Origin: Anaerolineales bacterium
GTDB taxonomy: Bacteria; Chloroflexota; Anaerolineae; Anaerolineales; Villigracilaceae
Direction: 5' to 3'
NCBI GenBank assembly: GCA_026928255.1
Contig: JAIXKJ010000003.1
Coordinates: 147,833-211,832 of the forward strand
Length of the DNA stretch: 64,000 nt
Made by a program: the position numbers and the translations under genes. The notes below the pieces were generated by a model. The model did not search any database, was not told the origin of the DNA, and was given only the letters and a program-made list of their open reading frames with translations. Shown here piece by piece: positions 1 through 7,649 of the stretch. How positions within the stretch are numbered: the stretch's first letter is position 1; each line of letters starts with the position of its first letter.

Positions 1-2227
1 GCGGGATGTCGTAAATCGCCGCCGCCGTCGTCGCGTGAATGTCTTCGCCAGCGCGGAACGCCGCCAGCATAGATTCGTCTTGCGCCATGTGCGCGACGAT
101 GCGTAACTCGATTTGAGAGTAATCCACCGAAAGCAAAAGCGAACCTTCGGGCGCAATAAACCCATTGCGGACTTTGCGCCCGGTTTCGGTGCGAATGGGG
201 ATGTTTTGCAAGTTGGGGTTGTTGGACGAAAGCCGCCCGGTTACCGCGCCGATTTGGCTGTACGAGGTGTGCACGCGCCCCGTCTTTGAGTCGGCGACGG
301 CGGGCAGCGCGTCCACATAAGTGGATTTGAGTTTGGACAACTCGCGGTGTTCGAGGACGAAATCCAACACCGGGTGTTGCCCGCGCATAGCGTCCAACAC
401 GTCGGCGGAGGTGGAGTAAAAACCCGTCGCGGTTTTGCGCCCTCTGTCAGGCGGTTCGAGGCGCAGGTGGTTGAACAAAATGTCCGAAAGTTGTTGCGGC
501 GAATTGAGATTAAATTCTTTGCCGACGTGTCCGAAAATTTCGCGCTCGATGTCGCGCAGACGCGCCGCCAATTCTTTGGACATCGTTTCAAAAAACGGGA
601 CGTCAATCAACGCGCCGTTCATTTCCATTGCAGCGAGAACGGGCGTTAACGGCAGGTCAATTTTGTCTAAAATTTTTCGTCCTTGCGCGCGCTCTAATTC
701 TTTTTCTTCGAGCGGCATAAGGCGCAAAGTTGTTTCCGCGTCGGCGGCGGCGTATTGCGCGACGGCGTCCACCGCCGCTTGCGCCATGCTAATTTGCTTT
801 TTGCCTTTGCCAATCAGCGCTTCGATGCGCGTCATCTCTTCGCCTAATCGGTATTCGCTCAAATTTTTCAAACCGAGATGGCGCGACGCGGGGTCTACGA
901 TAAACTCCGCCAGCATGGTGTCAAAAGTCAGCGGCGAAACGGTCAACCCGTGCCGCGCTAAAATGATGTAATCAAATTTTGCGTTGTGCGCGACTTTGCC
1001 GATTTTTGGATTCGTCAACGGCGGCTTCAACGCGCGGATGACTTTTTCCAGCGCGAGATTTTTTCCGTCAATGTGTCCAATCGGAATGTAAAATCCTCGC
1101 CCCGCTTCAACCGCCAGCGAAATGCCGACCAACTCCGCGCTCATTTCTTCCGTGCTGGTCGTTTCGGTGTCGAAAGAAATCGCGTCGGCGTCGGATAATT
1201 CTTTGACCAGATTTTCCAACGCTTCGTCCGTGTTGACGATTACGACTTCGATGTTCGACGGTTTAATTTCCGCCGCAAGAGCGGGACGAGGCGCTTCTTC
1301 TGCGAACATGGAAAATTGTCCGCTTGGGTTGCGCGTCGGCGCGGACGGCGCGGCTTGGCTGATGGAATTCACCTTGGACAGAAGAGTCCGAAATTCCATT
1401 TCTTCAAAAAACGCTTTGAGTTTCGTCGCGTCAAAAGGCGCGACTTTGGCGTGTTCAAAATCAAATTGGACGTTTAACTCGGTGCGAATGAGCGCCAAAT
1501 CGCGGCTCATATACGCGGATTCTTTTCCTTCTTCCAATTTTCCGCGCCAGCGTTTTTCCACTTGGTCGAGGTTGGCGTAGATGGCGTCGAGCGTGTCAAA
1601 TTTTTCTAACAGCGCAATCGTCGTCTTTTCGCCGACTCCGCGCACGCCGGGAATATTGTCCGAAGCGTCGCCGACCAGCGCTTTATAGTCCACTACTTGA
1701 TTCGCGCGCACGCCGAGTTTTTTGACGACGTCTTCGTCGGAGAGGTAGGTTTGGTTGTCGCCTGCGAGGTAAACCGCCGTCCGTTCGTTGACCAGTTGCA
1801 GCAAGTCGCGGTCGCCTGTAACGATCTTCACGCCGAACCCTTTTTCGGCGGCGATGCGCGCCGCGCTGCCCAGCACGTCGTCCGCTTCGTAGCCGCTCAT
1901 TTCGAGGCGCGGGATGTTAAAGGCGTCCACCATCTCGCGGATGCGCTCAATCTGCGAACGCAAATCGTCGGTCATCTTTTCGCGGGTGGCTTTGTATTCG
2001 GGGTAAATTTCGTCGCGGAAGGTTTTGCCCACGTCGAAGGCGACGGCGAGATACTCGGGTCTTTCTTGTTCCAAAACGCGGATGAGTTCGCGGGCGAAGC
2101 CGTACACGCCTGCGGTGGGTTCGCCGCTTGAAGTTTGCCAGCGCGAACCGTCGCCGCCGGCGGTGAGGGCGAAATACATGCGGTAAGCGAGCGCGTGTCC
2201 GTCAATCAAATAAAGGGTAGGGGGCAT
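1..2227 (-). CDS. polA: DNA polymerase I (partial, 3' end beyond window start)
   Basis: Manual translation from ATG at 2227 gives MPPTLYLIDGHALAYRMYFAL...GEPTAGVYGF (5'-3' exonuclease), AFDTETT (ExoI motif) and TGRLSSNNPNLQNIPIR...DYSQIELRIVAH (Pol A motif). It is absent from the ORF track because it is open at the edge. Confidence 0.97.
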   Translation of the reverse strand, partial: MPPTLYLIDGHALAYRMYFALTAGGDGSRWQTSSGEPTAGVYGFARELIRVLEQERPEYLAVAFDVGKTFRDEIYPEYKATREKMTDDLRSQIERIREMVDAFNIPRLEMSGYEADDVLGSAARIAAEKGFGVKIVTGDRDLLQLVNERTAVYLAGDNQTYLSDEDVVKKLGVRANQVVDYKALVGDASDNIPGVRGVGEKTTIALLEKFDTLDAIYANLDQVEKRWRGKLEEGKESAYMSRDLALIRTELNVQFDFEHAKVAPFDATKLKAFFEEMEFRTLLSKVNSISQAAPSAPTRNPSGQFSMFAEEAPRPALAAEIKPSNIEVVIVNTDEALENLVKELSDADAISFDTETTSTEEMSAELVGISLAVEAGRGFYIPIGHIDGKNLALEKVIRALKPPLTNPKIGKVAHNAKFDYIILARHGLTVSPLTFDTMLAEFIVDPASRHLGLKNLSEYRLGEEMTRIEALIGKGKKQISMAQAAVDAVAQYAAADAETTLRLMPLEEKELERAQGRKILDKIDLPLTPVLAAMEMNGALIDVPFFETMSKELAARLRDIEREIFGHVGKEFNLNSPQQLSDILFNHLRLEPPDRGRKTATGFYSTSADVLDAMRGQHPVLDFVLEHRELSKLKSTYVDALPAVADSKTGRVHTSYSQIGAVTGRLSSNNPNLQNIPIRTETGRKVRNGFIAPEGSLLLSVDYSQIELRIVAHMAQDESMLAAFRAGEDIHATTAAAIYDIP

Positions 2228-2255
2228 GGTTGAATTCCGTTGCGCGTAAATAAAA

Positions 2256-2279
2256 GCGCAGAGCCATTATACTCTGCGC
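2256..2279 (-). terminator. Intrinsic terminator of the 2310-3953 gene, with the polA -10 box (TATAAT) in its loop
   Basis: Stem GCGCAGAG/CTCTGCGC followed by TTTTATTT on the minus strand; loop reads TATAATGG on the minus strand. Confidence 0.6.
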
Positions 2280-2309
2280 CGGAATTTATTTGAAAGCGTT
2301 TGCAAAAAA

Positions 2310-3953
2310 TTATGCGGGAATCGAATGGTCGCTGATGCCTTGATTTTTTCGCGTCTGACGGATGTAATCGCGGACTAACTGTTGCGGGTGCGGCTGCGAT
2401 CCGCCCATGATGAGGTAGCCCGACGCCCAGAAATCGCCCGAAGGATTCTCGCGTTTCAAACGCGGGAAGTTGGCGAAAATCTTTTCCGACGTTTGCTGGC
2501 GCATGATTCGCATTAAGTAGCCGGGCGAGGTGTTCGGTTTGACGTTGACGACCCATTGCAAATAGTCGGGGCGGACGGCGAGAAATTCCAAGCGCCAACC
2601 GTAGGCGATGCAAACGTTCGGCAGCCATTCGCCGAGTTGATCGGCGAGGTCGCCTGTGAGGTAATGCGAGGCGAAGCGCGGAATCATCAAGCAGGCGTAG
2701 GTGAGGTGATATAAGCCGGCCGAAATGGGTTCGGGAGTTAGTTTCTTCGCCGCTTCGGTGGAAGGGCTTTCGCGGGTAACGCCGCCGCCGTCGGCGCGCG
2801 GACGAGGCAGGGGCGTTTCGGGGCGCGTCTTCGGTTTGGGGCGCGAAGGCGCGGTAACTTCAACGTCGTCGAGCGAAATTTGATCGGTAGGAAAGGCTTT
2901 CGATTCTTGAGTCTGCGCCAGCGAAGGCGGGGTCGCATCGAGGCTGAACGCCGACGCGCTAGAAAGCAAGTCGGAGACGCGAGTTTGATTCGGGTCGAAA
3001 GGCTCTCGTTGCGGCGGAAGCGCGAAGTCGCGCGAAGTCAGCGGTTCGGGGTTGGGGGCGGGGACGTCGGCGAGGATGTTTGAGATGGAAGGGATGTCGG
3101 AGTTGTCGTCTTCGTCTTCGTCTTCGTCTTCGTCTTCGTCGTAGGCGGCGGGCGCGGCGGCGCGAGGCGAGGCTTTTTCCGCGCCGAAGTTTTTTATCAA
3201 CTGCCCGGCTTGAGCGCGGATGGTGCTGAACGGCGTTTCCGCGTCGAAGACCAACGCCAGAGTCGAGTCGGACGAGAGGCGCGAGGCGTAGAGCATGTGT
3301 TCGGCTTTTGTGCTTTCTAAACGGACGAAGCGCAAAAGGTCCGAGCCTTTGTCGTCGTCCCAGTTGCGGACGACGGTTTGAGCCACCTCTTTGGCGGCGT
3401 TTTGCGAAAGTCCGCCTGCGTATGCCCAGAGGTCGTTTTTCTTCGTGATTAATGCCGCCTGCGCGGAAGATTCTAACGTCATGCTGGCGAGGCGTTGCGC
3501 GGATTTGTTCGGGTCGCCGAGCCAGGGCATCCATTGCGCGGTTTCGCTGAAATGAGAAACGGGAAGCGCCGCCGATTCCGCTTTTGGCGCGGGGGGCGGG
3601 GTTTGCGGCTGGCTGAGCGCGTTCATAAAATTGGAGAGTCGAAAGGGTTTATTAACCATAATCCAAGGCGATAAAGCGTGAATAGATGAAAGGTCGCTTG
3701 ACTCGTCGCAGAGGATGGCAAGGTTGATGTTGGGGCGCACCATTCGCAGCGCCAAGCCGATTTCTAACGCCCAGTCTTTGCCAAGCGAAAAGTCAAGCAA
3801 CGCCATCGGGATTCCGATTTCGTTCGCTTTGACGATTGCCGCAGCCTTGCTGTTGACGACCAACACTCGGTAAAAGTTGGTCTCTTCCAGCGCGCGGCGA
3901 ATGGTTTCGCCGAGGCTGACAGACGGGGTAACTACCAGTAAATCAGCGGGCAT
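2310..3953 (-). CDS. Multidomain protein: receiver-like + roadblock/LC7-like + acidic/Pro-rich linker + C-terminal IS200/IS605 TnpA(Y1)-like domain
   Basis: N-terminal LLVV...ALLDFSL...KPF receiver pattern. C-terminal YHLTYACLMIPRF...RPDYLQWVV...FWASGY...DYIRQ parallels TnpA YHIVW.PKYR...MPDHVHLL...FWS.GY...YIENQ. Confidence 0.75.
   Translation of the reverse strand: MPADLLVVTPSVSLGETIRRALEETNFYRVLVVNSKAAAIVKANEIGIPMALLDFSLGKDWALEIGLALRMVRPNINLAILCDESSDLSSIHALSPWIMVNKPFRLSNFMNALSQPQTPPPAPKAESAALPVSHFSETAQWMPWLGDPNKSAQRLASMTLESSAQAALITKKNDLWAYAGGLSQNAAKEVAQTVVRNWDDDKGSDLLRFVRLESTKAEHMLYASRLSSDSTLALVFDAETPFSTIRAQAGQLIKNFGAEKASPRAAAPAAYDEDEDEDEDEDDNSDIPSISNILADVPAPNPEPLTSRDFALPPQREPFDPNQTRVSDLLSSASAFSLDATPPSLAQTQESKAFPTDQISLDDVEVTAPSRPKPKTRPETPLPRPRADGGGVTRESPSTEAAKKLTPEPISAGLYHLTYACLMIPRFASHYLTGDLADQLGEWLPNVCIAYGWRLEFLAVRPDYLQWVVNVKPNTSPGYLMRIMRQQTSEKIFANFPRLKRENPSGDFWASGYLIMGGSQPHPQQLVRDYIRQTRKNQGISDHSIPA
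3106..3140 (-). repeat. (GAAGAC)n hexamer microsatellite encoding the DEDEDEDEDED tract
   Basis: About 6 tandem TCGTCT units on the + strand. Confidence 0.8.
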
Positions 3954-4045
3954 GAGTCAAAGTGTATCACTAGCATTATATGCGCGCAAGCGACGGATGC
4001 GCGAGAACTTATCGTTTTTGTAACGGGTGTAGCGAATTGTAAGGT

Positions 4046-4618
4046 TCAGTCGAGTCCGCTTTCTAACGAGCGAAAGCCGAGCAGCGCCATCAGCGCTTCG
4101 GGCGGGAGGTCGGCGGCGGGCAATTCGACGTGATAGAGATTCTCGTTTTCGGCGCGTTCGCGCAGACTCTTCCAAAGCAGGTCGCGCTCTTCGCCTTCCA
4201 CGACCAGGTCGTTGAGCGTTTTTGCGTTGAGCAAATATTCGCCGGTCGAGTAGAGGAAGGTCAGGCGTTTCCATTTGTCGGTTTTGACCGACTCGCTCAG
4301 TTTTTCCAAACCGCCCAATTGGATTTTGAAATATTCTTCGCGGGCGCGCGGGTGATCGGCTTCGTCTTTGAGCAGTTCGCCGCGCGTGGTTAACTCATGT
4401 CCGCGCACGGCGGCGACGTACTCGATTTGTCCGCCCCTTTCTTTGAAGGAAGCGGGTTGATAAAACGCGAGATAATCCACGCTGATAATTTTGGGCGCGC
4501 GCCGCAACGGGATGCGATACCAGCCCAAGAGGCGCGCAATTTCCAAATCGCGCGGGTTGGGAATTAGGCAGACGAGGACTAAATCGGTAGGGCGCAACAT
4601 GAGGCGGAAGTCGGTCAT
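4046..4618 (-). CDS. Conserved hypothetical protein, PUA/EVE-like WYRIP domain (start may be ATG at 4600)
   Basis: VLVCLIPNPRDLEIARLLGWYRIP...YLAFYQP motif resembles the N-terminal domain I recall from Chloroflexi DUF559 nucleases. Confidence 0.55.
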   Translation of the reverse strand: MTDFRLMLRPTDLVLVCLIPNPRDLEIARLLGWYRIPLRRAPKIISVDYLAFYQPASFKERGGQIEYVAAVRGHELTTRGELLKDEADHPRAREEYFKIQLGGLEKLSESVKTDKWKRLTFLYSTGEYLLNAKTLNDLVVEGEERDLLWKSLRERAENENLYHVELPAADLPPEALMALLGFRSLESGLD

Positions 4619-4677
4619 TTCGAGCGAAGCGAGGAATCTTTTACGCGCCAGATTTCTCGCCTGCGGCTTGAAATGAC
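4614..4677. repeat. REP-like palindrome, GTCATTTCGAGCGAAGCGAG...CTCGC...GAAATGAC type
   Basis: Terminal GTCATTTC/GAAATGAC inverted repeat with internal GCGAG.AATC/GATTTCTCGC pairing. Confidence 0.75.
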
Positions 4678-4697
4678 ATTAGGTCTTTTGCATAAGT

Positions 4698-4782
4698 CCC
4701 TCACCCTCACCCTAGCCCTCTCCCAGAGGGAGAGGGGACTCGGACTCCTTTCTCCCTCTGGGAGAAGGGTTGGGGATGAGGG
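4698..4782. repeat. REP-like composite palindrome, CCCTCACCC..CCCTCTCCC/GGGAGAGGG type
   Basis: CCCTCTCCCAGAGGGAGAGGGG hairpin followed by an inverted partner CTCCCTCTGGGAGAAGGG...GGGGATGAGGG. Confidence 0.75.
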
Positions 4783-4846
4783 CGAACGAAAGCAAAATAA
4801 TCGCATATATTACTTAGGCAAGAAGTCCATTAGAACATAAACGCTT

Positions 4847-6313
4847 TTACAAAAGCCCGACTTCGGCGTTGAACTCGGTAATCAATTCGTCAATCTCGTC
4901 GGCTTGAGTTTGGACGCTCGTCCAGTAATCGGCTTGATGCCATTGGGCTTGAATCTCGTCGTAGGTTTTGCCTTGCTGCTCGACCCAAGTGTAATATTTC
5001 AGATTATGCACGCGGCGGCGGTCGGGGTAGCGCAGTTCGAGCATGTTGTCGGTCGACTCTCCGCGCAGGTAGCGGGCGAAGTCGGCGGCGGCGCTCATCT
5101 CGTTGTATTCGCCAAGTTCCTGATGCATTTCGTGCAGACGCGAGCGGTAAAGTTCCATCGAATCGGTGAGGACGGTGATGAGGATGTCGTCTTCGCCCAA
5201 CTCGTAGTATTTGGCGGTCTTAATCGCCGAGAGCATGTTCGAGACGCCGGAGAAGCCGAGCAAGTCGAGGTTGCCGACGACCTCTTCTGGCACGCCCATT
5301 TTGACCAAATAGGCTTTGCCGTTTTCTTCGTTGAAGAGGCGCGCCAAGTTGACGACGGCGTTGTCGTCAATGGCGGTGATGACGTCGGTGTTTTTTGTGT
5401 TGTGCACCCAAGGCACATGCTTATCGCCGATGCCTTCGATGCGATGCGCGCCGAATCCGTTTTCGAGCAGGGTCGGGCATTGCAGCGCTTCGCTGGCGAC
5501 GATTTTAGAATCGGGGAATAATTTTTTCATGTAGTCGCCGCTGGCGATCGTCCCCGCCGAGCCGGTGGCGGAAATCATGCCGCGATAAACGCCGCGTGTC
5601 CCCGCCGCGTGGCGGAAGATTTCTTCCAGCGCGGCGCCGGTAACGGCGTAATGCCAAAGGTAGTTGCCGAACTCTTGAAATTGGTCGAAGATCATCACAT
5701 CTTGACCGGAGTTTCGCAGTTCCCAGCACTTGTCAAATATTTCTTTGACGTTGGATTCGGAGCCCGGCGTTTTGATGGTTTCGCCCGCGACTTTTTCCAG
5801 CCACTCGAAGCGCTCTTTCGACATGCCTTCGGGCAGAATGGCGATGGATTCGCAGCCGAGCAACGCCGAGTCGTACGCGCCGCCGCGACAGTAATTTCCC
5901 GTCGAGGGCCAGACCGCTTTTTGCGTAGTTGGGTCAAATTGCCCGGTGACTAAACGCGGCACGAGACAAGAAAACGCCGCGCCGACTTTGTGCGCGCCGG
6001 TCGGAAACCATTTGCCGACCAGCGCCAAAATGCGCGCTTTGACTCCCGTCAGCGAAGAGGGCAGCTCGATGTAGTTGACTCCGCCGAAAGTCCCGCCGGC
6101 GGCGGTGGGTTGATTCTTCCAAGTGATGCGGAAGAGGTTGCGCGGGTGAATGTCCCACAGCCCGACGCTTTTTAGTTCCTCTTGAATCTTCGCCGGAATT
6201 TTGGACGGGTCTTTCATTTGCGCGTAGGTGGGGATGATGATGTTGCGTTCTTTGGCGCGTTGGATGGAGCGCGCGCGTCGAGCGCTGTCAATCGTTAGGT
6301 CAATTTTGGTCAT
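4847..6313 (-). CDS. Fold-type II PLP-dependent enzyme (cysteine synthase/TrpB superfamily)
   Basis: PTGAHKVG (PLP lysine), WPSTGNY, SATGSAGT and HRIEGIG motifs. Confidence 0.85.
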   Translation of the reverse strand: MTKIDLTIDSARRARSIQRAKERNIIIPTYAQMKDPSKIPAKIQEELKSVGLWDIHPRNLFRITWKNQPTAAGGTFGGVNYIELPSSLTGVKARILALVGKWFPTGAHKVGAAFSCLVPRLVTGQFDPTTQKAVWPSTGNYCRGGAYDSALLGCESIAILPEGMSKERFEWLEKVAGETIKTPGSESNVKEIFDKCWELRNSGQDVMIFDQFQEFGNYLWHYAVTGAALEEIFRHAAGTRGVYRGMISATGSAGTIASGDYMKKLFPDSKIVASEALQCPTLLENGFGAHRIEGIGDKHVPWVHNTKNTDVITAIDDNAVVNLARLFNEENGKAYLVKMGVPEEVVGNLDLLGFSGVSNMLSAIKTAKYYELGEDDILITVLTDSMELYRSRLHEMHQELGEYNEMSAAADFARYLRGESTDNMLELRYPDRRRVHNLKYYTWVEQQGKTYDEIQAQWHQADYWTSVQTQADEIDELITEFNAEVGLL

Positions 6314-6350
6314 AGGAACGCCTCCTGAAATTTGTCTGACAAATTATACC

Positions 6351-6866
6351 TTATTGCCATTTGTCCCAGCGGATGATTTCATCGAAGGCGGCGCGTCCGC
6401 CCGCTTTGGGCGGCGCGGACAGTTTCGCTTCGTCGAGCGGGTAGCCGAAGGAAAGCGCCACGCGCAAATGCCATTCGGCGGGGAAGCCCAAGATGGCGCG
6501 CGCTTTTTCGGGCTGATAGATGGACGCCGGGCAAGAGCCGACGCCCAACTCCCAAGCGGCGAGTTGCATGTAGGCGGCGCATTGTCCCGCGTCGAAAAGA
6601 TATTGAAATTTTTCGGCGGGGTCGGGCGTGAGGAGCGCCACGCCGAGCGCCGCGCCCGCGAGGTGTTTCGCCCACTCGCCGCAAGCGGACAGTTCGCGCA
6701 GGGCGGTTTTATCTTGCACGGCAATCAGCCGCCACATCTGCGTGTTCTTTGAGGATTGCGCGCGTCGTCCGGCGTTTAATATGTCGCGGACAACGTCTGC
6801 GGGCAGCGGTTTGTCTTGAAACTTTCGCACCGCGCGTTTGAGCCGAATCGCTTCTGAAACGTCCAT
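6351..6866 (-). CDS. Nitroreductase family protein
   Basis: KRAVRKF...AQSSKNTQMWRLI...AAWELGVGSC...LSFGYP. Confidence 0.9.
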   Translation of the reverse strand: MDVSEAIRLKRAVRKFQDKPLPADVVRDILNAGRRAQSSKNTQMWRLIAVQDKTALRELSACGEWAKHLAGAALGVALLTPDPAEKFQYLFDAGQCAAYMQLAAWELGVGSCPASIYQPEKARAILGFPAEWHLRVALSFGYPLDEAKLSAPPKAGGRAAFDEIIRWDKWQ

Positions 6867-6937
6867 GTTGCCTCCGATGTGGGGCGATTATACTTATAAT
6901 TTCTTCGCTGTAAAAAGGATGAGGGAAAATCTTATTT

Positions 6938-7067
6938 TGCTCTGTTGCGAACACTGTCGCTGCGAGCGAAGCGAAGCAGTCCTTTTGCAAATGGTAGAGA
7001 TTGCTTCGCCGCTTTCGGCGGCTCGCAACGACAAAAATACGTTTTTTGTAGTCATTGCAACAGGGCA
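6938..7067. mobile_element. About 130-bp MITE with terminal inverted repeats TGCYCTGTTGC, a 10-bp target-site duplication and an internal REP-like hairpin
   Basis: Ends TGCTCTGTTGC...GCAACAGGGCA. Flanks AATCTTATTT at 6928-6937 and 7068-7077. Near-identical inverted copy at 44892-45021. Confidence 0.85.
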
Positions 7068-7206
7068 AATCTTATTTCAAAAACTTTCGCGTTTTGTCTG
7101 ACAATAAAGAAACTGACGAGGCGCTCGGCAAAGCGCCGTATAATTCTTTTATCATTTTGGTTGCCTGAAAAATTTATTGATCACGGAATTTAGGAGGTTG
7201 TACAAC

Positions 7207-7329
7207 ATGGCAGATTCCAACCGTCCCCTGAAAGTATTTTTATGCCACGCCTCGGCGGATAAGCCGCCCTACCAGGGCAGGATTGGGAATTGGAAATCTG
7301 CAAGGCGGTATAATAGCGGCAGCGTTTAG
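7207..7329 (+). pseudogene. Orphan 5' end of a TIR-domain gene (MADSNRPLKVFLCHASADK)
   Basis: Has a Shine-Dalgarno AGGAGG. 7222-7250 is identical (29 nt) to 7665-7693 of the downstream TIR gene; similarity is then lost. Confidence 0.75.
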
Positions 7330-7339
7330 GAGAACCGCC

Positions 7340-7537
7340 ATGAAATACAAAATCCGACTTGAAGAAACAGATGAAGGATTTGCCGTTTGGTGTCCTGGAT
7401 TGCCAGGATGTTGGTCGCAAGGGGACACAGAGGCAGAAGCATTGGAAAACATCAAGGATGCTATCAAGACCTATCTTGAAACGGTTGAAATTCTACTTAC
7501 AGATAAACAAACTCGAATGGTGGAGATACCAATCTAA
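7340..7537 (+). CDS. hicB: HicB family antitoxin
   Basis: FAVWCPGLPGCWSQGDTEAEALENIKDAIKTYL; AGGAG RBS before ATG at 7340. Confidence 0.9.
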   Translation: MKYKIRLEETDEGFAVWCPGLPGCWSQGDTEAEALENIKDAIKTYLETVEILLTDKQTRMVEIPI

Positions 7538-7539
7538 TC

Positions 7540-7647
7540 ATGCCCAAATTGGCGGGAATTCAACACCAGCGAGCCGTAAAAGCCTTTGAAGGCGGAATTA
7601 TCGAGGACGCGGGATTGACCATCGAAGAATTCAAGAAGTTGCTGTAA
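7540..7647 (+). pseudogene. hicA: HicA toxin with in-frame internal deletion (35 aa)
   Basis: MPKLAGIQHQRAVKAFE joins directly to GGIIEDAGLTIEEFKKLL, the HicA N- and C-termini, with no G(S/K)H catalytic core. Confidence 0.75.
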
Positions 7648-7649
7648 AT

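Noticed and set aside
2310-2750. Active IS200/IS605 element
   Set aside because: The TnpA-like domain is fused to ~410 aa of host-type domains, lacks the HUH histidines, and has no tnpB or evident ends.
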